DNA from: Vicugna vicugna
Lineage: Eukaryota
Direction of reading: 5' to 3'
Length of the DNA: 64,000 nucleotides
Assembly: GCA_013265495.1 (NCBI GenBank)
Contig: MU062062.1
Location: forward strand, 2,028,747 to 2,092,746
Part shown: piece after piece, positions 33,001 through 46,080 of the stretch
Layout: the number at the start of each line of letters is the position of its first letter
Numbering within the stretch: the stretch's first letter is position 1
Program-made: the position numbers and the translations under genes
The notes under the pieces: model-generated
Databases searched by the model: none
Told to the model about the DNA's origin: nothing
Seen by the model: the letters and a program-made list of their open reading frames with translations, nothing else

Positions 33001-35221
33001 GTGAAAGCAGCTTGGACCAGGGATGTCTTCCGCTATAACAGGCATGCACCTGCCCCTGAGAGTGCGGACAGTCCTGCCCCGTCTCTCTGGGACAGCTGGC
33101 GACCCCAGCCGTGCACAGCTGTAGCTTGTGGCCTGCGACAAAGTGTCGTCGGCCAGAGAGCAGAATCACGGAGGCAAACCCTGTGCCTTTGAGTCTCAGT
33201 GTTGAGTTTGAGCCCCAACCCTTTTGCTAAATGAGTGCTCAGTAAACATCGGATGAACTATGACAAATCCTTCCCATAAATATTCTCTCCTGAAACCAGA
33301 CACTCAGCTGAGCTCACCGACATCTCACATGCACGGCGACAGTGGCACCACGCGACACCCCCAACCGCCACAAGCAAGTAAAACAAGCAAGAGAAAAGAC
33401 TCTTGGAATTGAGAGTTCCTTCTGCGACAATACTTGATTATCACTGATTCTGTGGCGAAAGGTTTTAGTATTCTAGTGCAGATTTAGGTCAGATTCTCGT
33501 GCAGAAGGGGCCGCTACAGAGGAGAATTATTGATCCAGGATCAGCAGTGGTTAGCAGGACCGTAAGGGGCCTCACGGTGGCCTCGATTGTGCCCTGCCCC
33601 TCCCAGACCTCCAGCTGGATTTACTGATATGAAATTCCAAAGGGAAACCGTATCCACAGTTAGCTCAAGACATCTCTTACATTTGAGCTTTGGGGTGAAA
33701 ACCCTCATTTGCTGTGTCCAGTGGTTGAAGAGACAGAAAGAGCCCCCGCGGGAGGGGCGTTCGGACGGTGCAGCTAGGAGGCGGTGCGAGCGTTACAGTT
33801 TTCAAAGGCTCGCCCGTGACTCGAGGAAGGAGGAACGCAGCCGTGCCTGTGGTTCCGCACCCCGGGAAGGCGTAGGCCGACACCCCTCTCCATCTCTGGT
33901 CGGGCGCCTCACTTAAATCCCCTCCCCCGTTCCCAGCGGTCCGTGTTTTCCAGAAGGGCCCTGGAGCTTGTCTGGGTTCCAGCACTCCCGCGTCTGCGGG
34001 ACCGGCAGAGACTCCCAGCCCCTGCAGCCTGCCGCCGCTGGCCCGTCCTCTCGCCAAACAGTCTAATCCCTCTTCTGCGAGTCAATGAATTTATTAAAGA
34101 CAAATAGTCAGTCCCGTCTGCAAATCCCGCAGAATGCAGCGTTTTGCCTAAATGACATTTAGCCAAGTTGTAACTCTAATGGCAAAGAAAACAGTAGCGG
34201 CTCATCCTTAAACCTCCGTCCCCGGGCGCACATCCTTCCAATATCCTGCACGAGTTCTTTGAAGGGTTTGTGCCCGGCGGACCCCAGAGGGCGTCTCCGG
34301 GATTAGTTAACAGTGAGAACGCAGCAGGCTCAATTTATTGGTTATGGTCGCCCATGATTGCATAAAAAATAAAATTAAAAGGAAGCCCCCGAAGAATAGT
34401 TCATCAAGCGCGGTGATGGTCCCCCCCGACGGAGCCCATAAAAGCATATTAGCGACCCCCCGCTGGGGTGTGTTTACGGGTGAAGTCAGAGAGATGGACC
34501 GCTTTTTCCAGGAATGGCATTCTACTTCAGCAGGCTGCTGTCGTTGGCCCGAAAAACACACTAATCATCAAACGCCTGGCCTGGCACACAATGAAAGCAG
34601 GAAACAAGCCAAATATGGGATCTTTACAGACCTGGCTCCTCCTGGGGTGCTCGGACACGAGGCCTGTTTATAGGCGGCTCTTCTGGAGACGCCTACGCCC
34701 TGCCTGTCCCCGCACCGACGGCCCACGGCGTCCTCACCCCACGGCAGGGCATGGATCCGCCCTCAGCAAGGCCTGAGTTCCCAGAGGACTCTCGGAGCTC
34801 TACAGAGTCCCGACGTCCACATGTCCACGGTGGATGCAGATCACAGCCACGATCAGCGAGCCCGGGCCATTGGCTGGACTCTCCGCACCTTGGAGGTGGG
34901 GCCTGGGGCTTGAGGTTCACCTGTGACACAGCCACCCTGGGGAACACCAGCCTCTCTCCGCCGCCCACTCCGTCCGCACAGGGGACACCCCGCCCCAGGC
35001 CTGGGGAGAGTCCCAGCACCAGAGACGACCCTCCATCCAGTCGGCAGTCAGCGATGTTCTCCAGGGCTCGCTATGCTGGGATGGGCCATTCGTCCGGGTG
35101 CCTGTGCCCTCCCTCGACCTTGAAGACCACGCAGTGTGGGTGTTTGTGTTTCCCTCTGTTGTGCCATCGAGAACCCTGAAAACCCTGAAGTCTAGAGCCA
35201 TCACATTTCAGAGACTCGTGG

Positions 35222-35681
35222 TGTTGCAGAAAAGCATGTTACAACTCCGTGTTACAGCTCAGTAGTGACAGCAACCTGGATCCAGGCGAGAGACCAAACA
35301 GCACTTGGAGTTGGAGAACTCAGGTTTATTACACCAGCGGGCCCATAAAAGCTAACACTCTAAGCTCTGGACCCCGTCTGCAGGTTTACACAGGACTTTA
35401 TAGACTGCCAGTTTACACTTTGCAACATCATATGCAAATGAGGTATAACAAAAGTTGACTAATTAGGAACAAGCTTTGTAGAAATGGACCAATCAGGAGG
35501 GAGAGAAATAACCAATCAGGAGTGAGCTTAGGGAACCAATAGAATTTTAGGGATAAATAAGCCGTTTCAGAAGCAGAAAGTGAGATAGAGCCCCTGGGCC
35601 AGGGAACCACATGGTGCTGGCAGGAGAGCAGTGGCCCTGCCTGGGGGTCCTGCCGGTCTTTCTGTGGGGCTTCCCGCCTCA
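35222..35681 (-). mobile_element. Solo LTR, ERV1 class, same family as 4216-4733
   Basis: TG...CA termini; 4-bp TSD GTGG (35218-35221, 35682-35685); colinear with the first LTR (roughly 80-85% identity by eye); CCAAT boxes and octamer. Confidence 0.9.
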
Positions 35682-37447
35682 GTGGAGTCTGGATCAAACA
35701 CCTAAAATTAGAGGACAGCTCTGACCGCATGACTAGTGTGAACCACCAAGGAGCTGATGGAAACCGTGTCCTCCCCGCCTGCCCAGCCACTGGGCCCTGG
35801 AGGAGAGCGGGTGCCCGCACTCCCGGGCTGATGACACCCCACCTGTCCCTGGTCCCCGCTGGCCACGTGTCTGGCACAGGCAACGCACACCCAGTTGGGA
35901 ACCCCTCAGAGAAGGTCCCGTCTCCTCGCCTGTGTTCCGGGCCAGCCCACGGGGTGGGTGGGAGGGACACTCCAGGGTCTTTGTGTCCCTGCCCTGCACA
36001 AGCTGATGCTGGAAATATCCGCTGCTCCCGCAGATACTAATTCCCGGTGGAAACTGTCACCCTGATGGAGTGTGAGCATCGCTGGGAGACACTCAGGGAA
36101 CACAGTTGTCAGATCAGCATCAGGAGTGGAGGCGCCGGGGGCAGGTGCTGACCGTGTTTGGAAGGGAGGGACTGCGGTGCGGAGGAGATCACAAGCATTT
36201 GCCCCCCAGAACCTCAGCGGGGTCATCCCCGCTGCACTCCTGCGCTGTGTGTGTGTCTCCGGCTGGCCCAGCCTTGCTCCTTCCTGACCGCGGGGCTGAG
36301 CAGGGACTTCTCGCCCCCACCCGGGACGCACGCGCACCCGCAGGCATTCCTTTCCACCATCCCAGCCCCAGACTTACTTGCGTGGTTACTTTTCACTGTT
36401 TGTCTCCTGACCCCGGGGTCAGAGTCCCTCCATAACCGTCTGAAGGGCGAGGAAAGGGCTTCAGCCCCGGGCGTTGGAGATTGCAGCCTCGGGGTCTTCC
36501 CAGAGGTCCCCTTGCTCCTGAGTGTGCACTCTGCTTCTGTAAAGCAGACACGGAGCCCCGCGCCCAGGGCCCTGGGGGAGCCCAGGGTGCGTGGTCAGTG
36601 CGCCAGGATCACAGGGCTGCGGGTCAGCATCACCCCGTTTGTCCCAAGAGCAGACGGGAGCTTCGTCCACACCTGGTCTCAGACAGGAGACACTGCCGCT
36701 GGGTCTGCCCTCAGCTCAGGGGAGCCGGGCGGGGTGACCTCCCGCACCTCCGCACCCGAGACCAGATCGTTCGGGAGATTCCACGAGGCGTTCTGGCCCT
36801 TTCCCCCGGAAACCGTAAATACTGTGGACGGAATTTCTCTATTTCAGAAGCACTGTGGGCTGTGAATTTGAAATGAGCCGTGTGACCAGGTTCAAACTTT
36901 TATAAACAAAGTCGTGTGTCATTAAACTTCCTGACCAATAGCACCGTGTTATTCATCTTTTTGTGAAAAACATCCTGGCAGATTCTCAGCAACGAGCCCA
37001 CCTGATGGCTTAGACTCGGTGTTTTGCCCCAGGACGTGGTAATACAGATTATCAGAACGAGGCTAAGTGTATGTTACCTGGTAGTAAAAGACATAATTGT
37101 TAACAATTAGATAATTATCAGACTGTGTCCTGATTCTGATACCACAAATGAGAAGAGTCATGAAAATAGATACAATTGAAAAATTATTTATTACTTTTTT
37201 TTTAACGTGCCACACATACAAAAAGAGAAAGAGGATGAGAGTTCGGGGTCTGCTTAACAAAAGAAGGTGTCTTCTGACAGACGATGGCAGGGAGGGGGCA
37301 GAGCCAGGGTGCTGGGGGGCAGGCGGCCCAGCCGGCGGGCTCCCTGGGTTGGCAGCTGGAGCAAATGGCTCGGAGCTGGAAGGTGCTTGGGTTCCAATTC
37401 ATGCAGAACGAGCTTTCAGGGGGAAGGTGTGTGTGTCCAAGATGCCA

Positions 37448-37497
37448 CGGGGAGATCACTTAACCTCCCTGCACCTCAGCTTCCCGACCATAAACTC
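37448..37497 (+). mobile_element. MIR core fragment
   Basis: GATCACTTAACCTCCCTGCACCTCAGCTTCCC versus MIR core GTCACTTAACCTCTCTGTGCCTCAGTTTCCTC. Confidence 0.65.
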
Positions 37498-38169
37498 CCC
37501 CGGCAGGGAAGGCGGCGTCTGAGTCAGCTGTCACTGCCCCCAAAAGACACAAGAAAGACCCACTTTCGTAGCCCCTGCGTGTGCCCCGTCCTCGCGGCCG
37601 CCGTCATTTACGGACTTCCTGATTGTGCAGAACATGGGTTCGGGGGATTCGACGGGGAGCGCGTGGCACACAGTGAGTTTGTTCGCGGTGTGTCGTGTGT
37701 GTGTTTTGAGGATTGCACAGTCCAGTTTTTTTTTGTTTACAATTTTTTTAATGTTGCGCCCAACATGAGGCTGTGTCATTCTGGTATCTTCTGAGTAGCA
37801 AAAATAAACAGTAACAACATTTTAAAGACGCTTGAGGTGCTGGGAAAATGTAGTCCTTTAAGAACTCCAGTTCAGTGTCCTTGTTCTTCTCCTTTCGTCA
37901 CAGACTGATGGACACTGCCTGCAGACTCGGGGTGTGGAGCAGCCCACCCACGTGGCTGGAGTGGGGAGGCACTTCAAAATGTCCCACAGTCAGAGCATGA
38001 GCTGGGTGGTGGGGATCACACACACGGAGTGTGGATGCGACTGTGCACAGCCAGCCCAGCCGTGGGAGGCGGTGAGAGGCTCAAAACAGGGTCTTCCTGG
38101 CTGTCAGACGTACACAACTGCCTGCTTGCAAAGAGATAAGCTCTAAGCTATTGTCGGAAGTCTCAGAGC

Positions 38170-38450
38170 CAGAGGGACAATTTCTCATGAAGCAGGGGGA
38201 GGAGCAAGACCTGAGCTGAGTTTTGGAGAAAGGGAGGGGCTTGAATTGATGGGAGAAGCAGTAGGATTGGTTTGTGGGAGGCTCAGAGGGGCCCAGGGTG
38301 CTGTTCTGGATGGAGAGATGCCACCACACACGGGGGGACGGGGGCTGTTGGACGTCAGGTTTTAGTATCATTTTGATTCTTACAGTGAATGCAATCACTA
38401 CGTCCTTCTGTAAGGTGAGAAAAGGGCGATCTAAGGGCAAGATGCTTCCT
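38170..38450 (-). mobile_element. Possible L2 fragment
   Basis: GACCTGAGCTGAGTTTTGGAG in purine-rich context resembles antisense L2; weak. Confidence 0.4.
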
Positions 38451-41029
38451 GAAGAACCTGAGGGAGGTACCAGGACCGAGGCGGGTCACTAGCCTGCTTT
38501 TGAAGGAAGGTAGAGGGAAGCGGGGGTGGACAACAGAGCAGATCTAGGACTTGGAGCAAGAAAAGGAAGAGCGGACCTGAGTGACCAGACACGGTCACAC
38601 CGCCCGCTCGGTTGTCCTAGGCTGCCTTTGTACCGTGGCACCGAGTGAGCAGTTGCAACAGAAAGAATAGCCAAAAACAGCTGCCTCTGGCCCTTTACAG
38701 AAGCCGTTTGGCAGCTGGGACTAAGACGTGCTCTGTAAACAAGATGTAATTTACACGAAGTACTTCCTGGTTGTCAGAAGCGCGTCTAGGGTGGAGCACC
38801 TGCTTTCCTGCTTTATGAGGCTCCTCCCGACTCTTGGTGGCACAGGGAGGCTCCGGAAGGAGCATCCTAATGTGGTCATTTGAACCAGAGCTTGGCCGAA
38901 CAAGGGGCTGCGGTGAAAGGTGGAGACGTGGGGAGAGAGGAGAGTCCTCCCGAAGCCGCAGTGCCATGAGCGTCAGCAGGGAATCCTGCCTGCAAGGAGG
39001 ACGCGTGGATGATGTGGGAAACCAGCACCTGAGAGACGGGGACCAAGGAGACGGAGGGCGTGAGGAAGGTGGCACCAGGTGGGGTTCGGGAGAGTCCCCC
39101 GAATGGGAGGAGTCTGCAGGGGACACAGGTGGGCGGGGTCACGTTCAAGCGGGTGCTGTCTGGGTCTGCCTCAGCACACAGCCCAAATTCTCGCACTGGG
39201 GCTCCGGTTACCTGCTCCCTTAGGGTCACCCCTGAGCCATCCACCAGGGCCAGGAGCTGGATGGAACCGCGTCGTCCTGGACCCCTGAAGACAGATGAAG
39301 CATAGGCGTACTGAACATACCTCCGCGGTTTCTGACTTGGAGGCCTGGCGATAATTTTGATAATCATCCAAATTGATCAAAAATTATCAAAATTTTGAGT
39401 ACAAATACAAGTTGCCACTGTGTAAAAATAAGTACAAATCCTCATGGTATGGCCATGGAGAAGGGTCTCTCTTGCAGGTTTTGTTGCGGAATGTGCACGT
39501 TCTGTGTGCGTTTAGGGTTAATCTCACTGCCGTTTCCTGGTGCTTCTCCAAACCTTATTTAAAACATAATTAAGATAATACGCTCGATTGCAGCAGAAAA
39601 AAATACGAAATGAGTCGAATAGTGAGAGAAAAGAAATTGCACCATATGGTTCTGCCATTACCGAGGTCTACCCTAAACACAGACTCCTAGCAAAATGTAT
39701 TGAAAAACAGTTCCTTCTTACATGCGTAAAAGTTACTTTCATGCAGTAACCTGACACCGTGGTCCCATTTCTTTTTCTTTTCGGCAGGGGTTGTGAGGAA
39801 GAAATAAACGTGGAGTTCGTACGGGGTGGGAAAGGGGTGACTCGAACCGCCAAACCTGTCAGCGCTCCCCGAGGTGGAGCTCGCTGAAGTGAGACCAGCT
39901 CAGACGCCGTGTGACCACGGGCGTGACGGTGCCGTCAGGACGCGGGCACGGGGCTCGCAGTTTGGGGTGGGTGCAGCTTGCCTCCTTTGCAGAGGCAAGT
40001 TGAGCAGACGTACTTCTCCCAGGGGCTGCGGGGACTGAGTCTCAGCCTTGGGAGGAGGTGACAGGGAGCCTCGGAGAGAACGTTAGCATCTGAAGGAGGC
40101 ACGCACTTTACAAAACCACATTCTCAAGAGAAAGAGAGACAAAGAGACTGGGATGTAGATGTGCACGTGTGTGCACACACTTCTCCACAGGACCGAATGA
40201 AATCCTCTTTCTTGCTGTGGATGCATGAGATATAAATTTGTGAATGCCGTGTGAAACCTCTCAGGGGCAGTGCGCTTCGGCGTGGCCGGGCCAGCAGGGG
40301 TCGATGGTGCCGCGTCACGGGGCCCAGCAGGGAGCGGGAGTTACGGCAGGGACCACCGGGCACCCCCAGCTGGGGCTGGTGACCCAGCCACAGCCTTTCT
40401 CTGTGAAGCACTGGATGTGGGTGGGTCGTCGATGACTCACAGGAGGCACCGTCCACGTCCCGCCTGCCGATCCACCTGGCTGCCAGCCATCGAGTCAGCC
40501 CCAGAATTGCCTCACATTATGGTTTCCGTGTCGGATCTCACCAGGCTACACCCAAAGTGTAGCATTTCTCATGGGCCAGCTTTGGTATCAGGGAGGGTGA
40601 TGGCTGTTCAATGGGCAGAGTTCTTAGAAAGAAGAGAATAAAACCTTAATCCTGCCCTCGGCCCAGCTGATTAACAAATCAAATGGCTTTGTCCTTAGTT
40701 GAGACACTGAATTTCTGGCCTCCAGATTCTCGTCAGTGAAGAAAACCTTGAATTCTGTTTCCTAACCCTTCTGAAATGCCCAGGGGGGAGAAGCGATATT
40801 TATGGAGGATTGTGTGAAGGACACGAAGTCCATAAATTCCCCCGGCTGGCTTACATTTACCCTTGGATCACAACGCGCTGCGGGAGGGCGATATATCTGA
40901 GCTGCCTGATTGGGGCCCTCCGTGGAATTGCTTCTTTGTGCTCTGCTCTGCACTGGTTTTTGTTTTTAATTGAATGAAGGATAATTTTGAGAAACAGATA
41001 ATGCGTGAGTTCGGTGCGTGCATGTGTGT

Positions 41030-41200
41030 GTAGAAAAAGTCGTGCTGGTGCCGGGAGAGGATTCACGAGGGCCGTTTATTAAGGTGCAGATTCCCGTCTC
41101 CGCCAGTGGTTCTGTTTGGGGTGGAGCCGGGGGCCCTGCGTTCTTCAAGATGTTAACGGTGATTCTGATGCCAAGGGTCTGCGGTGACACTTAGAAAAAG
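41030..41200. mobile_element. MER5A-like (hAT-Charlie) relic
   Basis: GTTTATTAAGGTGCAGATTCCCG...TGGGGTGGAGCCGGGG...GGTGATTCTGATGC follows the MER5A pattern. Confidence 0.6.
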
Positions 41201-41766
41201 ATCGCCTCCGAGAACCTAGAGGAGGCTCTGGATTCTAACTCTAGAAAAATTAGTACATGCACACCCCAAACTCTGAGCACAATTCCAAGAGAATCAAGAG
41301 GATCCCCATGGATGTCAAATTAAACCCTCGGTTGCATAAATGTTTAGGCCGTCCAAACACTTGGCCCATTTAAGAGGACACACTAGAAATCTGTCTCCAG
41401 GTTTCAGGTCAGTAAGACCAGCGCTGTTCCAGAAGAAGCAGATTGCTTTTATTTTATGATTATTGTAAATCTTGTTGGAGATGGTGATTTCTTTGCATTG
41501 GTGACAGGGAAGCTCTTCTCTAACTAACTGTGCACCCACCTCCAGCTGATGGACGGGATGTTCACATTGTTGCAGTGCACCTGTGTGGCTCCTATGTTAT
41601 TGGCCTAGTCCAATTTCTCCTTGCTATTACTCAAAAATTTTTTATTTTCTTGTATTGTATTCATGAAAGAGGAAAGAGATAACCAGTTAAATTATTATTT
41701 TGAATTAGCAAACCCATTAGTAGTTAAAACCGGCATAGTGGTAGCAAGACTTGGCTTGGGACTCAC

Positions 41767-41854
41767 CATCATTTGTGTCATAGCCCTTTCTGATCACGAT
41801 GGAAATGGAGTTTCTACTGGAGCCATCACGGCTCAGCAGAGCCAGTTCCACTCC
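41767..41854 (-). other. Candidate internal exon of an unidentified transcript
   Basis: Minus strand: pyrimidine tract GTTTGTCTCTTTTCTGCACGTTATAG, 88-nt exon, donor ATG|GTGAGT; one open frame GVELALLSRDGSSRNSISIVIRKGYDTND. No protein recognised. Confidence 0.3.
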
Positions 41855-44849
41855 CTATAACGTGCAGAAAAGAGACAAACACACCAGCATTTTGGTTTAT
41901 GTAACACATAATTAGGTTAAAAACTTTGCAGAGCACAGGAGGAAAACCCCAAAAGCAAGAGGCACCAGGCAGGCAACCTGACATGAGGGAGGCCGTGTGG
42001 TGTGTGAATACAGAGGGTGGAGCGGCGGCTGGAACCGGATCTGGGATCTGGACTTGGGACGAGTCATGATTAAGAAGTAGGGACAGAGGAACGACAACTA
42101 ACTGCAGTTTTTCTAAGAAGTCAAAACTCTTTTTAGGCAGACACATCCAAATAGAGCGCACGGTGCCACGTAAAACGCACAGCGAGTGTGGGCTGTCATC
42201 TAAAATATCTAGGAGGCTACAGAGGTCACCTCCTGGTGTGGACGGAGAGGCCCGCGTGAGAGTGAGCGATGGGAGATCAGAAACCAGAGGGGAGGGACGC
42301 ATGATGGCAGAGGAGGGCCCGGCATGAAGGGCCGGGGCGGCGTCTGCAGGGCCAGCGGACTCACGGCCCACAGGGGACCGGAGGAGTTCACTGTCTGGAT
42401 TTCAAACTACAGGTGTTGTATTATTTCCTAAACTGATGTTACACCAGGGTGTTTATTTTGGCTTGGATGGGGTCTTGCCCTGTGATCACATGGAGAGACC
42501 AGACCTACACAACCGCACTTACCCGTCAGGCGAGTCCCGGGAGAACCACGGAGGAGCTACTCACTCGGGTTCGCTGTGACGGTGCGCGTCCTGTGAGACG
42601 TCGTGCTAAAAGGTGTCTTGAAAACTACCAGGAAGAACTTGATTTTCTCATTACTGCAAAATAGTCTCTAGGACTTACTGTCTTCCAGTCGCATTTTATC
42701 TTGAAGTCAGGACTAGGGAGTTCCGTGTATTTTTTTCAATGACTTATGCTAATGACATTTAGAAGCCGGTTGAAAAGTTTAAACCAGACTTTTTTTCTGA
42801 CTCCATTCTATACGTTTGCCATTTCGTTGTGAAAGTTTTCATTGTGTGCTGGTAGCTAACTAAGCACTGAGCTTTACTAAAAGCTGATACGAGGAGATGG
42901 CACTGCACCTGCTTAGAAGCTGGGCTTGGTTATGGCTCAAAGAGACGTGCTGTCCTCACCGTGTGGGGGCGAGACCTGAGGGCTCTCCAGATGCTCCAGA
43001 CGTCCTGAGGCCGTGACACCGTGGACATCCTCTTTCCCAAAGACGCCGTTGCTGAATTTTAATGGCAACATATGTAAAAACACACGCTTACTTATGGAAT
43101 TTTCTTGGAGGAGATGGAATCCGTATTGTAGGCTCTGGCGAGAGGCTGCGTTGTCCGCACGGAGCACCTCCACGTCCGCGGTGGTCGCCGGATACGCAGG
43201 AGTGGCCGAGAAAACCGCGCTCAGGGATTTCAGTCAGCAGAGGCTTCTGGTTTGGTGGGGGTGGTAGAAAAGGCGACTTGTCTTGAAGCTGAACTCACCC
43301 ACCGGGCATACTCTTTATGAGATTGTAATGTGACTTGGGGTGCATGGCGGGCATTTGGGAGGTCAGGGCCCCTGTCTCTTCCCGTGGCTCAGCCTGCATT
43401 TCTTGGCCAGGAGTGGGAGCAAAGCTCACTCTGTCTGTACGGTCACTGAATCGTTGTGAGAGGACACTCTGCTGTGGTCACCTGGCTGCAGCAAGGTGCC
43501 CTCTTTCAGAAGAAGCAGCGCGGAAGGGTCCCTGGCAGTTGGGGTTCTGCCAAGCCGGAAGCAACCGTCAGCAGGCTTTAGTCTCCCGCGTGGGCCGCTG
43601 CCCCCGGAGCGCTGTCTTAGTCCACGGATTTTGAAAAATAAAACACAGGGTCGTTTCCCCTGGGCGCTCATCGCTGGGCTGTTACTGTGGCTTTCGTAAT
43701 GAAACAGCGGTTCTCTGGCCAGTGCAGGGTCTCAGTTTACTGCGGGCGTGCACACACACAGGCACACGTATTTTACAGGTAAACAAGCAGCAGAAGGCTG
43801 GGCGGCAGCGCTGTTTCAAAGGCAGCTGGTTGACCTCGGCCCCAGCGCTGGTTTTCAGGAGGCACGGCTGCCGTCTGGAAAGATACGCTCAGTCCGCCCC
43901 AGCCTTTGGAGTCTGCACGTCGGAGGATAAACCGCGGAGTGGAGGGCAGACTCAGGGCAGGGCCGCCCCTGCCGCACGAGCACCGCGTGCACGCCTGCGG
44001 GTGCGTGAGCGACCCAGTCAGCTCATGAGGAAGCAGGTCCGACGGGCCACTGAGGGCACGAGCAGGCACCGCGAAGTGCGGGCGCGCGCCCCTTCTCCTG
44101 CTTCCGTCCTTGGTGACTCACAGGCACTCGGCACCCTGACCTTGCCCGGCCCCGCACGCTCACGTGGTCATTGCTCTGACCTGAATCTGTCGTGGTCTAA
44201 GGCAGGACACGCAGACTTGCTGCAAAAGCACACCCACAGAAATGAACAAAAGCTGGAATACACCCACCCAGGAATTAGCGAAGAACAAGGAGTTTACATT
44301 CTTCTCTCACTCACACCACTTGGGGCTGCATAATCACTTCCACCGTCAGACAGCAAAGGAAATGCCGTGATCCGTGCTGTGTCGCCAAAAACGTGAGTCC
44401 TGATGCTTCAGTCCGGAGCCAGGGTTGTGACTTAGCCAAAACGTGCACGAGGCAGTCACGGCGGCACGGACCGAAGGTTCGGATGATTTTAAATCTGCGT
44501 TGTGTCACGACCTTGTGGCCTGTCCGTGTTCGTGAATCAAAGCCACACCGTGTTGGGAGCAGCCAGGATGGTCTGGTCTGGCCACGAGCTTCCGTCGGTC
44601 TGAGCTCGGTGTAACGACACTGTGGCCCTTGGCATGAAGCCCAGACAGCTGGTCTCGTCCCGCGGAAGTCCCATTCCCTTTCTGAGCCCCCTCCCTGCCC
44701 CGACTCCGGCTCCCTGCGCCCCCGCTGTCCCTGCACCTCCCTTGGTGGGACACACCACACGCATGCCCACCAGCGTGGGGGACAATGTCCCTGATCCACA
44801 AAATGACCTCCCTTCCCAGCCTGGTCTCAGGAGAGCCACCATCACTGAG

Positions 44850-45166
44850 TCACATTTCTCCCCACCACCTGGAGAGGGTGCACAGTTCCCCCCAAAGCCC
44901 TGGGGGGTCCTTCCCGCTACCCTGGCTTCGGGGGTGGGCGACATCACCTCGTCTCTGCCTTCATCCTGTCGGGATGGTCTCCTGTGTCTGTGTCTTCCTA
45001 TAAGGACGTCAGTCGTGTTGGACCAGGGTCCACCCTCCTCCACTGCGATCCTGTCCCCTTAACTGATTCCATCTGCGGTGACCCCCTTTCCAAATAAGGT
45101 CACATTCTGAGGCTCTGGGGGCAGGACTTCCACGTAGCTCCCGGGGAGCACAGCTCCACCCATGGC
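44850..45166 (-). mobile_element. MLT1-type (MLT1C/D-like) LTR relic
   Basis: CTATAAGGACGTCAGTC...TTAACTGATTCCATCTGC...TTTCCAAATAAGGTCACATTCTGAGG matches antisense MLT1. Confidence 0.8.
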
Positions 45167-45999
45167 AGCCACTCCATACAAGGACCCCCGGTCCCATCCT
45201 GTGGCCTGGCTTCCCTTCGCTGTGCAGGACTTTCTGCCCCACTGCCCCTCGCTCACCTACCTGCCCGGTTTACTCTGTCTCTGCTGCAAAACTGTAAAGT
45301 CCGGGAGAGGGAGAACCGTTTGTGTCTTCTCTCCGCTCAGGTCCTAGAAAAACGGGAGACCCAAAAGCAGGCACAGAATGAACGGATGGTGCTTGAATCA
45401 CAAAGTAAACTTGCTGACAGTGTGAGAGCTGGTGGCACATTGACACGTGCACAGGAGCAGCAATGACCCTCGCTTGGCAGCATTTCACAGATTTAACCAG
45501 CTTTCTCCGTGCCTCTCCTGTGATTTTTACACCAGCCCATTGGCCGAGCGAGGAGGTACTGTCAGCTTTCTGGTCCGGACGGCACAGGCAGGGGAGCGTC
45601 CCGTGGCTCTGCTCTGCTCTTCTCGCCTCCCCTCTCTCCTCTCCTGAGCTACGATCACAGGCCGGCTCCTCACCTCACGGAGGGCCGCGTGGCTTTAGGA
45701 AAAGATAACGAATGTAGACCCCACGTCCGGGGAGGTCGTGCAGCTGTCCAGTCTGAGCCTGTTCACTCCACTTCGTTCTCTGTAAAACTCACATCTCAGT
45801 TTCGGGCTTTGTACTGGTTGCCCTGCTCACTGTCAGGCAGAAAGACAGCTGAGGGGACAAGATGCCGAACCAAAGGGTGGGCTTCCAGTGGGAACGCACC
45901 ACGACGGCTGCCCCTTTCCCCGTGTTCACAGGAGTTACGTAAGAACTCAGGGGCAGCACGTCAGTGAGATCGTAAAGCTGGTTAAATCCAAAGGATGCA

Positions 46000-46080
46000 T
46001 TTCCTGACTAAATACCCAGAGGTGGGATTTCTGGATCCTGCGGGAGTTCTGTTTTTAATTTTTGAGGCATCTCCTTACTG
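46000..46080 (-). mobile_element. Short L1 ORF2 3' fragment
   Basis: AAATACCCAGAGGTGGGATTTCTGGATC...GTTCTGTTTTTAATTTTTGAGG matches antisense L1. Confidence 0.7.

Noticed and set aside
4216-35681. The two LTRs as ends of one provirus
   Set aside because: Each has its own distinct TSD, they are 31 kb apart and diverged, and there is no gag/pol/env between them.
44350-44392. 43-nt plus-strand micro-exon (CCGTCAG / AAC|GTGAGT; SKGNAVIRAVSPK)
   Set aside because: Weak polypyrimidine tract, no recognised peptide and no partner exons.
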